Source: Promethearchaeota archaeon Loki_b32 (lineage in GTDB: Archaea; Asgardarchaeota; Lokiarchaeia; Sigyniarchaeales; SOKP01). From it: 64,000 nt of DNA. The stretch is taken from positions 46,316 to 110,315 of the forward strand of contig NJBH01000006.1 in the NCBI GenBank assembly GCA_005223125.1. The letters run 5' to 3'. Both the position numbers and the translations under genes were made by a program. A model generated the notes under the pieces. It had not been told where the DNA came from, did no database searches, and was given only the letters and a program-made list of their open reading frames with translations. Below are positions 38,070 through 48,111 of this stretch, in pieces (position 1 is the first letter of the stretch; each line of letters opens with the position of its first letter).

Positions 38070-38310
38070 TATTTCAGCACACCATCATATTAAGTTTAAT
38101 TTTTAAGAGAGAATTTCTATAATTTATAAATTTAATAATTAGTACTAAATTTAAAATGTTTTTGATGAGATAAAAATCTTAAACAAAAAAGATTAGATTA
38201 TGAATATTTAAGTTAAATAAAAGCTAAAAAATATTTAGTTGTAGTTCTCTACATTGAAAGAATGAATTGTCATAGCAAGTTGCTGTAATTTGCGTTGAAA
38301 AATAGTAGGT

Positions 38311-41277
38311 TTAAATGTTCTTTATTTTACCTTTAATACAAGTTTTAACATCATCAATACTTATTTCCTTATCATTGATAAAACCCTGCCCATAATCTTT
38401 TTTACCTCCACCCTTTCCATTAAACATGATCACAACATCTTTAACAAAGGTACCCACATTAAACTCAGATTCTTGAGCAGGTTTAGAACCTATCATTCCC
38501 AATACCATGATTCCTTTTTCAGTTTTATTTGTAAAAATAGCAATAACATCATTAGAATATTTCATCACTCTAACTGAGAAGTTTTTCAGATCATCTTGAG
38601 ATAAACCATCAAAAGATTCTATAATCAACTTGTAGTGTTTAAATGTTTGAGCGTTATTGACAAGATCCTCAATATAATCGTCACTAAGAAGGTTTTTCAT
38701 CTGCTTGATCTTTTTTATTCCCTCAGCCCATTCACTATAAAACTTTTGAATTTTACTTGGTACATCATCTTTTTTAACACTTAAAAATTGAGAAATTTCG
38801 GATAGAACATCTACTTCAAATGTTTCATTAGATGTTAGTTGTAGATCTCTCTCATTTATTATACCGGACTTAAGAGTTTTATTTACATTTTTCCATTTTT
38901 CGAATAACTCTACTACCCGGTTGACGAGTTGTTTGCGTTCAACTTTTAAAATTCTTTTTAATTCATCAAGAATTCTTTTATGTTTTTCTTTTAACTTATT
39001 TGTTGCTTCCCCGGCAACAAATGTAAGTCTGACAATACCATCTTGTATCTTTTGTGATTTAGTGATATGTATATATCCAGTTTCTGAAGTGTTATTTAGA
39101 TGTGTACCACCACAAGCCTCAACGTCAACCCCGGGAATCTCAACGATTCTTAAATTTTTTCCGGGTACAGCTCCTCCTTGATAAATTGCCATACCATATT
39201 TTTGTTCTGCTTCAGTACGAGGTATGAAGTCTAGATGAAGATCTATGCCTTTTTCGACTATCTGATTTGCTCTCTTTTCAATTTCCAGAATTTTTTCTCT
39301 AGGAATTTGTTCATAATGTGTAATATCCAAATGAGAATTTTTTAACGTTTTTTTAGCCCCTGCTTGATTTATATGACTTCCTAAAACATCTCGTGCTACC
39401 GCATTAACAATATGAGTAGCAGTGTGATGTTGTGAGAGCTGAGTACGCCAATTTTTATCAACTTCTACGTTAACAATATCTCCCTCATTAAAAGTAAGAT
39501 TCTCATCTAAAACATGAACGGTATAATTACCTTGTTTAAAAACATCAGAAAATTTTTGTCCATTAATTGTTCCTACATCATGAAGTTGCCCTCCAGAGGT
39601 AGGATATGCAACGGTTTTATCCAAAATAACCATTTTATCAATGATTTTTAGAACCGTCGCTTTATTTGAAATCTCAGTATAATCATAATAATAAAGTGAT
39701 TTTGTTTCAGGGATTCCTCCTAAATCCAATTCAATTTCTTTTATTGTTGCATGAATTTGCTCGTTTATTTCATGTCTTTCAACTACTAAATGATAAAAAT
39801 CGTCAGGAATATTTACTTTTACACCATAATTTTTAGCTGCTGTTTTTACCATATCAGGGCTTATACCATTAGAATCATATAATTCTATTAGAGTTTCAGT
39901 AGAAATTTCACCTTTTTTTAAGATTTTTTCTAGAATTTTTCCTGCTTTTTTCTTAGTAGCATAAAATTTCTCTTTTTCAACATCTAAGATTTCGCGAATT
40001 TCATCTAAATGTTCTGAAACTTCAGGAAATATACCTTCCAGTTCTTTAGCATGCCAAGTACACACATCAGCCATATTAATATCCCAATTGAATTTATCGA
40101 TAAAACTTATAGCTCGTCGAAATATTACTCTTAAATTATATCCTCCACCAACATTTGAGGGAAGCTTTCCATCATTTATCGCAAAAAGTAAGCTACGCGC
40201 ATGCTCAGCAATAGAATATAGTGCCGTCATCGGTAAAACTTTTTGTTTTAATTCCTTTACTCCAATCTCTAATTCTTTAGCAACGCGATTCCAAGCTTCA
40301 TCCATATTGTCTACTTCATCCACATTTAGATAAGCAGAATATTGTGAAAAACGATTATATAACTCTAAGTCTAACTCGATTTTAGTGATTACTCTTAATT
40401 TTGACAAAACAAAAGGAAATATAGCCTCGTACATGTTAGGTGTGCCTTGTGAAAACCATGCTACACGCTCTTGACCAAGTCCCATATCAAGAACTTTAAG
40501 TTTAAGTTCACGTGGGCCTTCAGGAGTTTGTTCAAACATAGTATAAACTTGATTAAATAGCTCTACACCTCTACTGAAGAATTCAAGACTACAACCAAAG
40601 GAACCTCCTCCAGCCCAAGAGTCTTCATGTATTGTTATTTCTTCTTTTGGTAAACCTACACCCTTATGAATAAAATCATGTATATCCATAAATAGTTCAC
40701 CTTGATTCCATTCTTCGGGGGATACAAACGAATGTTGCCCAATCATTACGAAACCAGTGTTGTGTGAACCTGTTATCCCCACGTTTTCAATGTCATTAAA
40801 CCTTAAACAAAACTGGGGGATTACTAGCTTTTTAGCGGGAGGTTCTACTTCTCCCGTAATAACATAGGGTTGGAATGCAGATATTGAAGCAATTGTAAAT
40901 TCCGAAGTTGGATTCCATCGAGCTACGCAGGGATATCTTTTTATGGGAAGGTAACCTCGGGGTTCTAAAATCTCTACGATTTTTTCCCAAACTCCAATAA
41001 AGGACAATTCTACTTTAGAGGGATTATTAATAACAACTTGAAATCCTCCTGAACATGTGGGATCTCCACAAACTTCTCTGTTTTTAAGTGTAGTCCAGAA
41101 ATAAGTGCCACAACATTCACAATTTTTTCTCATATATCCTAATTCTCTGAGTTCAGTAGTAGGAAAATAAGCATCAGGATTTCTTGAGGCTATTTTTTTG
41201 AAATTTTGTTTTAACTCTTTATCTGTGTGAGCATCCTTAAATTCCAACTTTTCTTTATCTGAGAGCACTATAATCAA
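38311..41277 (-). CDS. alaS: alanine--tRNA ligase, archaeal type (TTG start in track)
   Basis: CECCGTYFWT N-terminal Zn element, FEMLGQ-like IGQHSF region, editing-domain HHTATH and CGGTHL, C-terminal DHHA1-like GGGKKDYGQG. Confidence 0.95.
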   Translation of the reverse strand: MIIVLSDKEKLEFKDAHTDKELKQNFKKIASRNPDAYFPTTELRELGYMRKNCECCGTYFWTTLKNREVCGDPTCSGGFQVVINNPSKVELSFIGVWEKIVEILEPRGYLPIKRYPCVARWNPTSEFTIASISAFQPYVITGEVEPPAKKLVIPQFCLRFNDIENVGITGSHNTGFVMIGQHSFVSPEEWNQGELFMDIHDFIHKGVGLPKEEITIHEDSWAGGGSFGCSLEFFSRGVELFNQVYTMFEQTPEGPRELKLKVLDMGLGQERVAWFSQGTPNMYEAIFPFVLSKLRVITKIELDLELYNRFSQYSAYLNVDEVDNMDEAWNRVAKELEIGVKELKQKVLPMTALYSIAEHARSLLFAINDGKLPSNVGGGYNLRVIFRRAISFIDKFNWDINMADVCTWHAKELEGIFPEVSEHLDEIREILDVEKEKFYATKKKAGKILEKILKKGEISTETLIELYDSNGISPDMVKTAAKNYGVKVNIPDDFYHLVVERHEINEQIHATIKEIELDLGGIPETKSLYYYDYTEISNKATVLKIIDKMVILDKTVAYPTSGGQLHDVGTINGQKFSDVFKQGNYTVHVLDENLTFNEGDIVNVEVDKNWRTQLSQHHTATHIVNAVARDVLGSHINQAGAKKTLKNSHLDITHYEQIPREKILEIEKRANQIVEKGIDLHLDFIPRTEAEQKYGMAIYQGGAVPGKNLRIVEIPGVDVEACGGTHLNNTSETGYIHITKSQKIQDGIVRLTFVAGEATNKLKEKHKRILDELKRILKVERKQLVNRVVELFEKWKNVNKTLKSGIINERDLQLTSNETFEVDVLSEISQFLSVKKDDVPSKIQKFYSEWAEGIKKIKQMKNLLSDDYIEDLVNNAQTFKHYKLIIESFDGLSQDDLKNFSVRVMKYSNDVIAIFTNKTEKGIMVLGMIGSKPAQESEFNVGTFVKDVVIMFNGKGGGKKDYGQGFINDKEISIDDVKTCIKGKIKNI

Positions 41278-41513
41278 ATTATATTAATCAAAACTATTTC
41301 ATATAATAATTAAAAGAATTACGATTCTCCTATAATAATTTCATTTTATATTTTATTTCTTAACAATTTTATTATATATTTTCTGAATTTAACTTCTAAT
41401 AAAAAACAGTAACGTTATCTATACTACTCCGCTGATAAAGCTTTTAAACTATAAAATTAATTTTTACTTACAAAAATATCTAATTTAGAATTATATAGAG
41501 AGGTAGAAATCAA

Positions 41514-41816
41514 ATGGCTCATATGTTAGTTACAGGTTGGTATCCACCAAATAAAGCTCAAGAATTACTGAAAGTGTTTATGTCAAAGGATAAACCAGCA
41601 TACCCCGATTTCGTAAAAAAAATCCATCACTGGACAGTAGTGTCTTCAGATGGTTATTATAAAACATATGCCGTATATGAATTTCCAGATGATAAAATAA
41701 TAGAAACACAGAAAGCACTTGGTAAAAGATATATTTTATATGCCACAGTGGAGGGCTACAGATACTATCCTGAATTATTAATGGATGCTGAAGAAGCGAT
41801 CAAACTTCTTCTTTAA
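41514..41816 (+). CDS. hypothetical small protein
   Basis: ORF only; preceded by gagaGGTAGaaatcaaATG. Confidence 0.35.
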   Translation: MAHMLVTGWYPPNKAQELLKVFMSKDKPAYPDFVKKIHHWTVVSSDGYYKTYAVYEFPDDKIIETQKALGKRYILYATVEGYRYYPELLMDAEEAIKLLL

Positions 41817-41840
41817 TTTTAATAACTTTTTAATTTTTTT

Positions 41841-42287
41841 TTATAATTCTAAAACCTGAAGTCTTGAGTATCCGTCTTTTATAAAATCATAATCAAGAAG
41901 TTCTATTTTTTCAGGTATAATTTTTAATATTAGTTTTCTTCTTCCTCGCACAATTTTTTGAGCTTTTTCGAATTCTGTATCTCCTTCTTTTAAAAGCATT
42001 AACCTATTTTTGCCAGAAGCAGTAATTTGCATTCCTTGGATTTTACCCTCAGATAATGGTGTATATATACCAATACTGATATTAGGATTTTGTTCTATAT
42101 TTTTAACTTTCCTTCCAGGAGCAGGGCCAACATAAATATTAAAACTATCCTTTTCTGTATAAAAATCCATCGGAGTTGCGCGAGGAATATTATTATTGCA
42201 AGTACAGAGAACTAATACTTTCCTCTTATCCAAATATTCACGAATTTGTTTTTTAAGTTCTTCTTTAGGCATTTCTTTTTCATTCAT
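41841..42287 (-). CDS. pyridoxamine 5'-phosphate oxidase-like FMN-binding split-barrel protein
   Basis: KVLVLCTCNNNIPRATPMDFY..., size and pattern typical of the family. Confidence 0.55.
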   Translation of the reverse strand: MNEKEMPKEELKKQIREYLDKRKVLVLCTCNNNIPRATPMDFYTEKDSFNIYVGPAPGRKVKNIEQNPNISIGIYTPLSEGKIQGMQITASGKNRLMLLKEGDTEFEKAQKIVRGRRKLILKIIPEKIELLDYDFIKDGYSRLQVLEL

Positions 42288-42540
42288 TTTTGAAATCTCA
42301 AATTAATCTCATTTAGATTATTTATTACAAATGAATAAATGAAGATAAATTTTTGAAAAGTAGTGATAAAATACTTAGTTTTTTTATAATCCATCTTTAA
42401 CAGAATTACCAGAAACGAGATAATTTCACAAAATTGTAAAATACATGATGAAATTGAAAAAGATCCTGAAGATCAAGTTTCTTTTCTTGTTGGGGTAATT
42501 TAAGTGATACTTTTTAAGATAAAAACCATTTTTTTATTGA

Positions 42541-43836
42541 ATGAACTTACCTGCAATACTATTGATTTTGGTTTTATTTGCCATTTTGATGGCTTTTTTT
42601 TCTCAAGATAAGATCGATTATTTCCCTATTGCATTAATCATCGGAGCCATCGCAGTAGTTTCAATGCTCACAATTTTTAATGTTGGAGAGGAAGAAATTA
42701 TTGGATTTATTGATTTTAACACGTTAATCTTCATATTTGCTATGCAGATAATTATCTATTATGCAACTAATGACCGAGTTTTGGAATATATCGCAGTTAA
42801 ATTGATTCATATCACGAAAGGGAATAACCGGTTATTCTTCTATATGATTTGCCTGTTTACAGGTACTTTAGTTGCTTTTATCGAGGATTTAACCCTCTCG
42901 TTGATACTAATTCCATTAATCTACAGAACATGCCGAATATTAGAGATACGTCCAGGTACTTACATGATGGGGATGACCATTACTATAAATATCGGGGCAA
43001 TACTCACACCTGTCTCGAGTTTAAAAAATTTGATAATCGGTGAGGAATTTGGGTGGGGTTTTGGTCAATATCTTGCCAATATGGGTATTTTATTTATAAT
43101 TACGTTAGTATCCACCATTTTCTTAATGGATTGGTTCATACTGAAAAAAGAAGAAAAACCAACTGAACGAAATAAGAAGATATTATTGGAAATACTGGAC
43201 CCGGGAATTGTGATCCAGAATAAAAAGTACTTTTTAATGACAATTGTCATTGTTCTATCCACTTTTGTGTTCATGTTCTTAGGATTCGCCCCTGCTCTTG
43301 TCGCGATCATATCTGCAGCTATTCTTCTCCTTATCCACTCTAAGAATTCTAAATTCTCGGATATTAAAGACGATATCCCATTGAGAATCATCATTATATT
43401 TGCGATTTTGTTCATTCTTTCAAATTCTTTATCACGATTTGGCTTTTCAGAGTTGATCTCCACAGGTCTGGTAAACATGTCAAATAATAACATTTATCTA
43501 GCCGTATTGATAACATTAAGTCTCTCGTCTCTCTTGTCCGCTTTTCTAGCGGGTACACCCGTTACCATCATCCTTCTTCCGATTTTTTCGACACTCATAG
43601 GAGAGGGTTTCTTTCCTAACCCGATCATTATTGCTTTCATAAGCGGGGTTAACATGGCAGGTAATTTTTTACCGCAGGGTTCTGCTTGTGATCTTCTCAC
43701 CCTTTCATTAGCAAAAAAATACAAAGTGGTGAATTTGGATTACAAGCGTTTATTAAAAAATGGCGCGGTTTTCGCTATGATGCACTTCCTCATTATATTG
43801 GCTTATACAATGGTCTATACTTTAATTTTAAGTTAA
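42541..43836 (+). CDS. ArsB/NhaD/SLC13-type ion permease (paralog of 5382..6737)
   Basis: AFIEDLTLSLILIP, LTPVSS, GNFLPQGSACD shared with the paralog. Confidence 0.6.
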   Translation: MNLPAILLILVLFAILMAFFSQDKIDYFPIALIIGAIAVVSMLTIFNVGEEEIIGFIDFNTLIFIFAMQIIIYYATNDRVLEYIAVKLIHITKGNNRLFFYMICLFTGTLVAFIEDLTLSLILIPLIYRTCRILEIRPGTYMMGMTITINIGAILTPVSSLKNLIIGEEFGWGFGQYLANMGILFIITLVSTIFLMDWFILKKEEKPTERNKKILLEILDPGIVIQNKKYFLMTIVIVLSTFVFMFLGFAPALVAIISAAILLLIHSKNSKFSDIKDDIPLRIIIIFAILFILSNSLSRFGFSELISTGLVNMSNNNIYLAVLITLSLSSLLSAFLAGTPVTIILLPIFSTLIGEGFFPNPIIIAFISGVNMAGNFLPQGSACDLLTLSLAKKYKVVNLDYKRLLKNGAVFAMMHFLIILAYTMVYTLILS

Positions 43837-43960
43837 GAAATTCATATTTTTTACCCAATCACGTTATGAGTGAATATACTTGTGAAATCAGATTTAGAGA
43901 GATTAAGATAATTTTATTTAAATCTTTGAAATCCTGTAGAAACGATACTAATTGTTTATC

Positions 43961-45106
43961 TTAAAACCCAACAATGTTTGTATTTCCAAAATCAATATCT
44001 GAATCTACAGCAGTTCGCACGTATGGAGATACAGGTCCATTTGCTAGAACCATTATCTTTATTTTGGAACCCATATCAGGTTTATTTTGAACTCCAAATT
44101 TTAGTTGAGCATCTTCTGGAATCCCATTTGAAATAGTAGAAATTACTTTATCAACTTTTGATAATGTTAATGTATGATCACCGGTGACCGAAACCAAACA
44201 TCTATTCACTTGACTTGGATCTGGCTTCAATAAAGGATTATTTAAGGCTAATTTTGCCTTTTCAATTAAATCTGACTCATCTCCTAAACATTCCGCTATA
44301 CCAATTAAACCAGAAGGATATTTACCAGTTGGATTTTCCAGTAGAGTCTTTTTCACATCTGCAAAATCTATATTGACTAAACCACAATTATTAATCAAAT
44401 TTACAACTTCACCTATATTTCTTATTAGAATTTCATCCATAATTTTAAATCCTGTTATCATAGGGATTTTTCCAACAATTCCGAGCAGATTATCATTTGG
44501 AATTGGAATTAGAAAATCAGAGTATTTAGCAAGGTTTTTTAACCCTAAACTTGCTCTAGCAGATCTTTGTTTACCTTCAGATTTAAACGGAAGTGAGCAA
44601 AAAGTTGCAACAATGGCATTATTCTTTTTTGCTTCTTCTGCAATAATGGGAGCTGCTCCAGTACCTGTACCCCCGCCTAAACCACATGTTAAAAAGATAA
44701 TATCTCCATTTAACGTTTGATTTAGCCTTTCACGGTCTTCTTCAGCAGCTTCTGCACCGACATGGGGGTCATTTCCTGAACCTAACCCATTACAAAGCTC
44801 TTTTCCAATTAAGATTTTATGTTTTGAATTTGAGTAATACAAATCATGGGCATCAGTATTTATTGTAATTGTTTCAGCATGATTGAGGCCCATATCCTCT
44901 AATCGTGAAACAGTGTTATTTCCTGCTCCTCCGACACCAACCACATATGTCTTAATTTTTAATACTTTCAATAAGTCAGCCAAATACTTATCATCGTCGC
45001 AATTTGGATTTGAATTGGGATTTTGGTTATGTTGAGCTATTTCATTAAACCTCTCTCTTACCGATGATCGCTTTTTGGCTAAATCTAAAATATCGTCAAC
45101 ACTCAT
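43961..45106 (-). CDS. ftsZ: cell-division GTPase FtsZ
   Basis: GVGGAGNNTV, tubulin signature GLGGGTGTGAAPIIAE, NTDAHDL (T7-like). Confidence 0.9.
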   Translation of the reverse strand: MSVDDILDLAKKRSSVRERFNEIAQHNQNPNSNPNCDDDKYLADLLKVLKIKTYVVGVGGAGNNTVSRLEDMGLNHAETITINTDAHDLYYSNSKHKILIGKELCNGLGSGNDPHVGAEAAEEDRERLNQTLNGDIIFLTCGLGGGTGTGAAPIIAEEAKKNNAIVATFCSLPFKSEGKQRSARASLGLKNLAKYSDFLIPIPNDNLLGIVGKIPMITGFKIMDEILIRNIGEVVNLINNCGLVNIDFADVKKTLLENPTGKYPSGLIGIAECLGDESDLIEKAKLALNNPLLKPDPSQVNRCLVSVTGDHTLTLSKVDKVISTISNGIPEDAQLKFGVQNKPDMGSKIKIMVLANGPVSPYVRTAVDSDIDFGNTNIVGF

Positions 45107-45350
45107 GATATATCATCTAAAAAATTAGGTTATTATAATACGACAACGATATCAGTATAATATAACTAAATAATATGAAGATAATATTGGCGAAATATTC
45201 AACATAACCAAATGTTTTTGTAATAAGTGTAAGTCGTTAATTTTATTATTATATCAATTTTTTCGTTTGAAATAAAGGACAAATCATTGCAGAATAAAAT
45301 TTATAAGTCTAAATTATCATGATTATCATGGCTTAAGGGTATAACAAAAT

Positions 45351-45590
45351 ATGGAAATTGATAATACAAAAACTAGCAGTAATGAGTCATTGGATGGCTC
45401 AAAACATGATGATTTAATTAAAGTTAGGGCTACAATTTCTTGTCCGAATGGCGATTACAAGAAGATATTTAGAAATCAATTTCTAAGAAAAGAAATAGAA
45501 ATGATGATTGTTACCTTCAAAGTGTTTGATTGGTTAACATGCAATAAATGTGGGGAACTCTTAAAGTTAGATTTGGAGTTTTCTATTTAA
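45351..45590 (+). CDS. hypothetical small protein
   Basis: ORF only; one CNKCG knuckle. Confidence 0.25.
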   Translation: MEIDNTKTSSNESLDGSKHDDLIKVRATISCPNGDYKKIFRNQFLRKEIEMMIVTFKVFDWLTCNKCGELLKLDLEFSI

Positions 45591-45670
45591 GATGTTAAAA
45601 ATTCTATATAACACATTTACCTTTACTTATTTTTGGTTATAAGAATAACTGTTAAGAATTTGATTTTTCC

Positions 45671-46981
45671 TTATATTTTAAGATTAATTTGACCATACGT
45701 ACCACCACCTCCAGGAGTATATTCAATTTCATTGTTTCTAAAAGCTCGTATAACTGAGGCAATAGTTGGATCAAATTTTTCAATTTTACTAATTGGGAGA
45801 TTGATTAAAATTTCAAATTCAGGTCCAAGTTCGCTTATTATTTTGTTATATTCATTTAAAACCGTTTTACTTGTTGAGCTTTTAATATTTTTGATGGAAC
45901 GGATAATATCAATTAATGGAACGGCGTTTATATAATTAGGTCTATGATCTGGATGAATAGGATTTTCCGATGTAGAAATAACATCTATTCTTTCACTTAC
46001 ACCTAACTTTACTTTAAAATTTTTACCAAATTCTTCCTTACATGCAGGACATACTATTTTATTATCTGCTACTTGCTTTATATATTGATTTTTAGCTGTT
46101 TGAGGATTACTCGAAAATATCGCAATGAAATTTTCAGTAATCGAATATTGGTTAAATACATTTTGGATGGTTTTTTTTGCTTTCTTAAAAATAATTCTCC
46201 TTCGGCACTTATTACAAAACATTTTGTAGTATTTTCCAAGTTTAGGATGTAAGCCTACATTTAATGATATTTTTCTCCCATCTTTTCGTTTAAGCGCTAA
46301 TAAGATTTCTTCAAAAGAGGGATTATCAATATCAAATCTATTAAATTCCCTGCCTAGAGAACGTGGGTTTTGAGAATGTGCATCACTATTACTTAAAAAA
46401 GTTACATCTTTTAGACATTTCAATCTGTCTGCGAGATGAGTATTGGCAGATAATCCTAATTCTATAAAGAATATATTTTTTGTAGCATCCTGGTAGCAAT
46501 CTTTAAGAGTTTTAAACTTATTCTGTCGGAATATTGCTTTAAAGGGTGTAAAAGCATGAGCGGGTCCAATTATAGCACCCTCATCGGAGATAATATCAAC
46601 TAATTCTGGTGGAGATAAATTAACCCTAGGACGCCCACCCCATTCACCTAAAATATTGGTTGAGTAGGGTACTAATTTCTTTTGAATATTTTTTACCATA
46701 TCAAAATCTTCAAAAAAAACAACTTCATGTACACTTTCTTGATCTTCAATTTCAGTTTGAAGAATAAAATAAATATCCTTATAACAATACGCTCCATCTT
46801 TATCTTTTTCTAATTTGTTCTCTAAGTATTTCAACCAATCTGGTTGCAATACATCTCCTGTACCTAAAATGTTTAAACCTTTTTTTTTACAGGTTTCTAA
46901 CATCGTGTCCAAATTCAACGTTTTTGATACTGCAATTGAATGAGGGGAGTGTATATGTAGGTCGGCATTGAAGATATTCAT
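45671..46981 (-). CDS. PHP-domain endonuclease Q-like protein
   Basis: ADLHIHSPHS PHP start, SDAHS, internal Zn finger CNKCRRR...CPACKEE; size ~430 aa as for archaeal EndoQ. Confidence 0.7.
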   Translation of the reverse strand: MNIFNADLHIHSPHSIAVSKTLNLDTMLETCKKKGLNILGTGDVLQPDWLKYLENKLEKDKDGAYCYKDIYFILQTEIEDQESVHEVVFFEDFDMVKNIQKKLVPYSTNILGEWGGRPRVNLSPPELVDIISDEGAIIGPAHAFTPFKAIFRQNKFKTLKDCYQDATKNIFFIELGLSANTHLADRLKCLKDVTFLSNSDAHSQNPRSLGREFNRFDIDNPSFEEILLALKRKDGRKISLNVGLHPKLGKYYKMFCNKCRRRIIFKKAKKTIQNVFNQYSITENFIAIFSSNPQTAKNQYIKQVADNKIVCPACKEEFGKNFKVKLGVSERIDVISTSENPIHPDHRPNYINAVPLIDIIRSIKNIKSSTSKTVLNEYNKIISELGPEFEILINLPISKIEKFDPTIASVIRAFRNNEIEYTPGGGGTYGQINLKI

Positions 46982-47053
46982 TTTTTTCGAAATTAAATAG
47001 TAATTTTATACATTACATTAATTTCAATTTAATTAAGATTCTTTTATTTTTCC

Positions 47054-48100
47054 CTAAATAATGATCAATTTATCTTGAATTGGATCATTTAGTAAAATCC
47101 TATAATATTCCATATCATCTTTAAACCTTGCTTTTTCTAATTTACCTTCAACTATTACCTTTTCACTTTTTTTTACATGCTCACAAAAACGACCTCTAAA
47201 TGAATTAATTTCATTTATGTCTCTCATATCTATATCTTTTGCATTAAAATTGCTTTTAAGAATTTTTATGGGATTTATTTTATATGAACAAGGAGTAAAA
47301 ATTGAATCTTTTGAATCTAAAATATCGGCTTTGAGTCTAATTCTTCCAATATTTTTATATTGATAATCATAAAAATTGCCATTCCAATCTTTAGGACTTT
47401 TAATATATCTTATAAAAAAATCATGGTTCATATGCTTGCCTTGATGTAACTTGCGTTGTTCACTCCTAAGAAAATCATTAAAAGGAATATCAGATCCACC
47501 AACTCTCCACTCATAATGAGATTTATACTCATCTAGGTTATACTTCCGACAGTCATTTAATTCATTAAATATTTTTACTAATTTCTCTTGAAATTTTAAA
47601 CTTGTTTCTGTACCGTATATTATTATATCAATATCAGATTTTTCAGTATTTAATCCTACCATTGTTGATCCTGTTATACCTATTGATTTTTCAGGAAGAT
47701 TGCCTTCAGTTATAAATAAATTACATAAATTTTTAGAACATGTTTCTATGTATGATAAATTATCTTTATCTAATAGGGTCTTAAAGAAACTTCGTGGAGT
47801 ATAAATTTTTTTAATTTCTTGTATTTTGACTCCTTGGACTTCTAAGTCAATTTCTTTAGAATAAAAAAGGTAATCGGGATAATTCTCTCTCAAAAAGGAA
47901 TATCGTTCATATAATTTATAGACTTTTTTAAAATGGATGCCTTTTTTTATCCTTTCTCCATCTGGATGGGGATAAAATCGTAAAAAGCAGATGATATAAT
48001 CATTTGGATGTAGTAACCCTTTTACATCAAAAAACAAATTATCATTTTTTGTTTCTATATAATCTCCTTCAATTCCTTCAATATTTTTCATGAATTTCAC
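47054..48100 (-). CDS. Pol-beta-superfamily nucleotidyltransferase (archaeal COG1665-like)
   Basis: GITGSTMVGLNTEKSDIDIIIYG (GS...DxD) in mid-protein. Confidence 0.55.
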   Translation of the reverse strand: MKFMKNIEGIEGDYIETKNDNLFFDVKGLLHPNDYIICFLRFYPHPDGERIKKGIHFKKVYKLYERYSFLRENYPDYLFYSKEIDLEVQGVKIQEIKKIYTPRSFFKTLLDKDNLSYIETCSKNLCNLFITEGNLPEKSIGITGSTMVGLNTEKSDIDIIIYGTETSLKFQEKLVKIFNELNDCRKYNLDEYKSHYEWRVGGSDIPFNDFLRSEQRKLHQGKHMNHDFFIRYIKSPKDWNGNFYDYQYKNIGRIRLKADILDSKDSIFTPCSYKINPIKILKSNFNAKDIDMRDINEINSFRGRFCEHVKKSEKVIVEGKLEKARFKDDMEYYRILLNDPIQDKLIII

Positions 48101-48111
48101 AATATTAGTAA

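Noticed and set aside
38311-41277. AlaRS is somewhat long (988 aa): possible intein or insertion?
   Set aside because: No intein block motifs (no Cys/Ser...HN-Cys junctions or LAGLIDADG) were seen, and the sequence is collinear with archaeal AlaRS domains. The length is explained by N- and C-terminal regions.
43065-43724. 142-aa and 76-aa minus-strand ORFs
   Set aside because: Antisense to the ArsB/NhaD-type permease. No motifs.
44373-44720. 115-aa plus-strand ORF
   Set aside because: Antisense to ftsZ.
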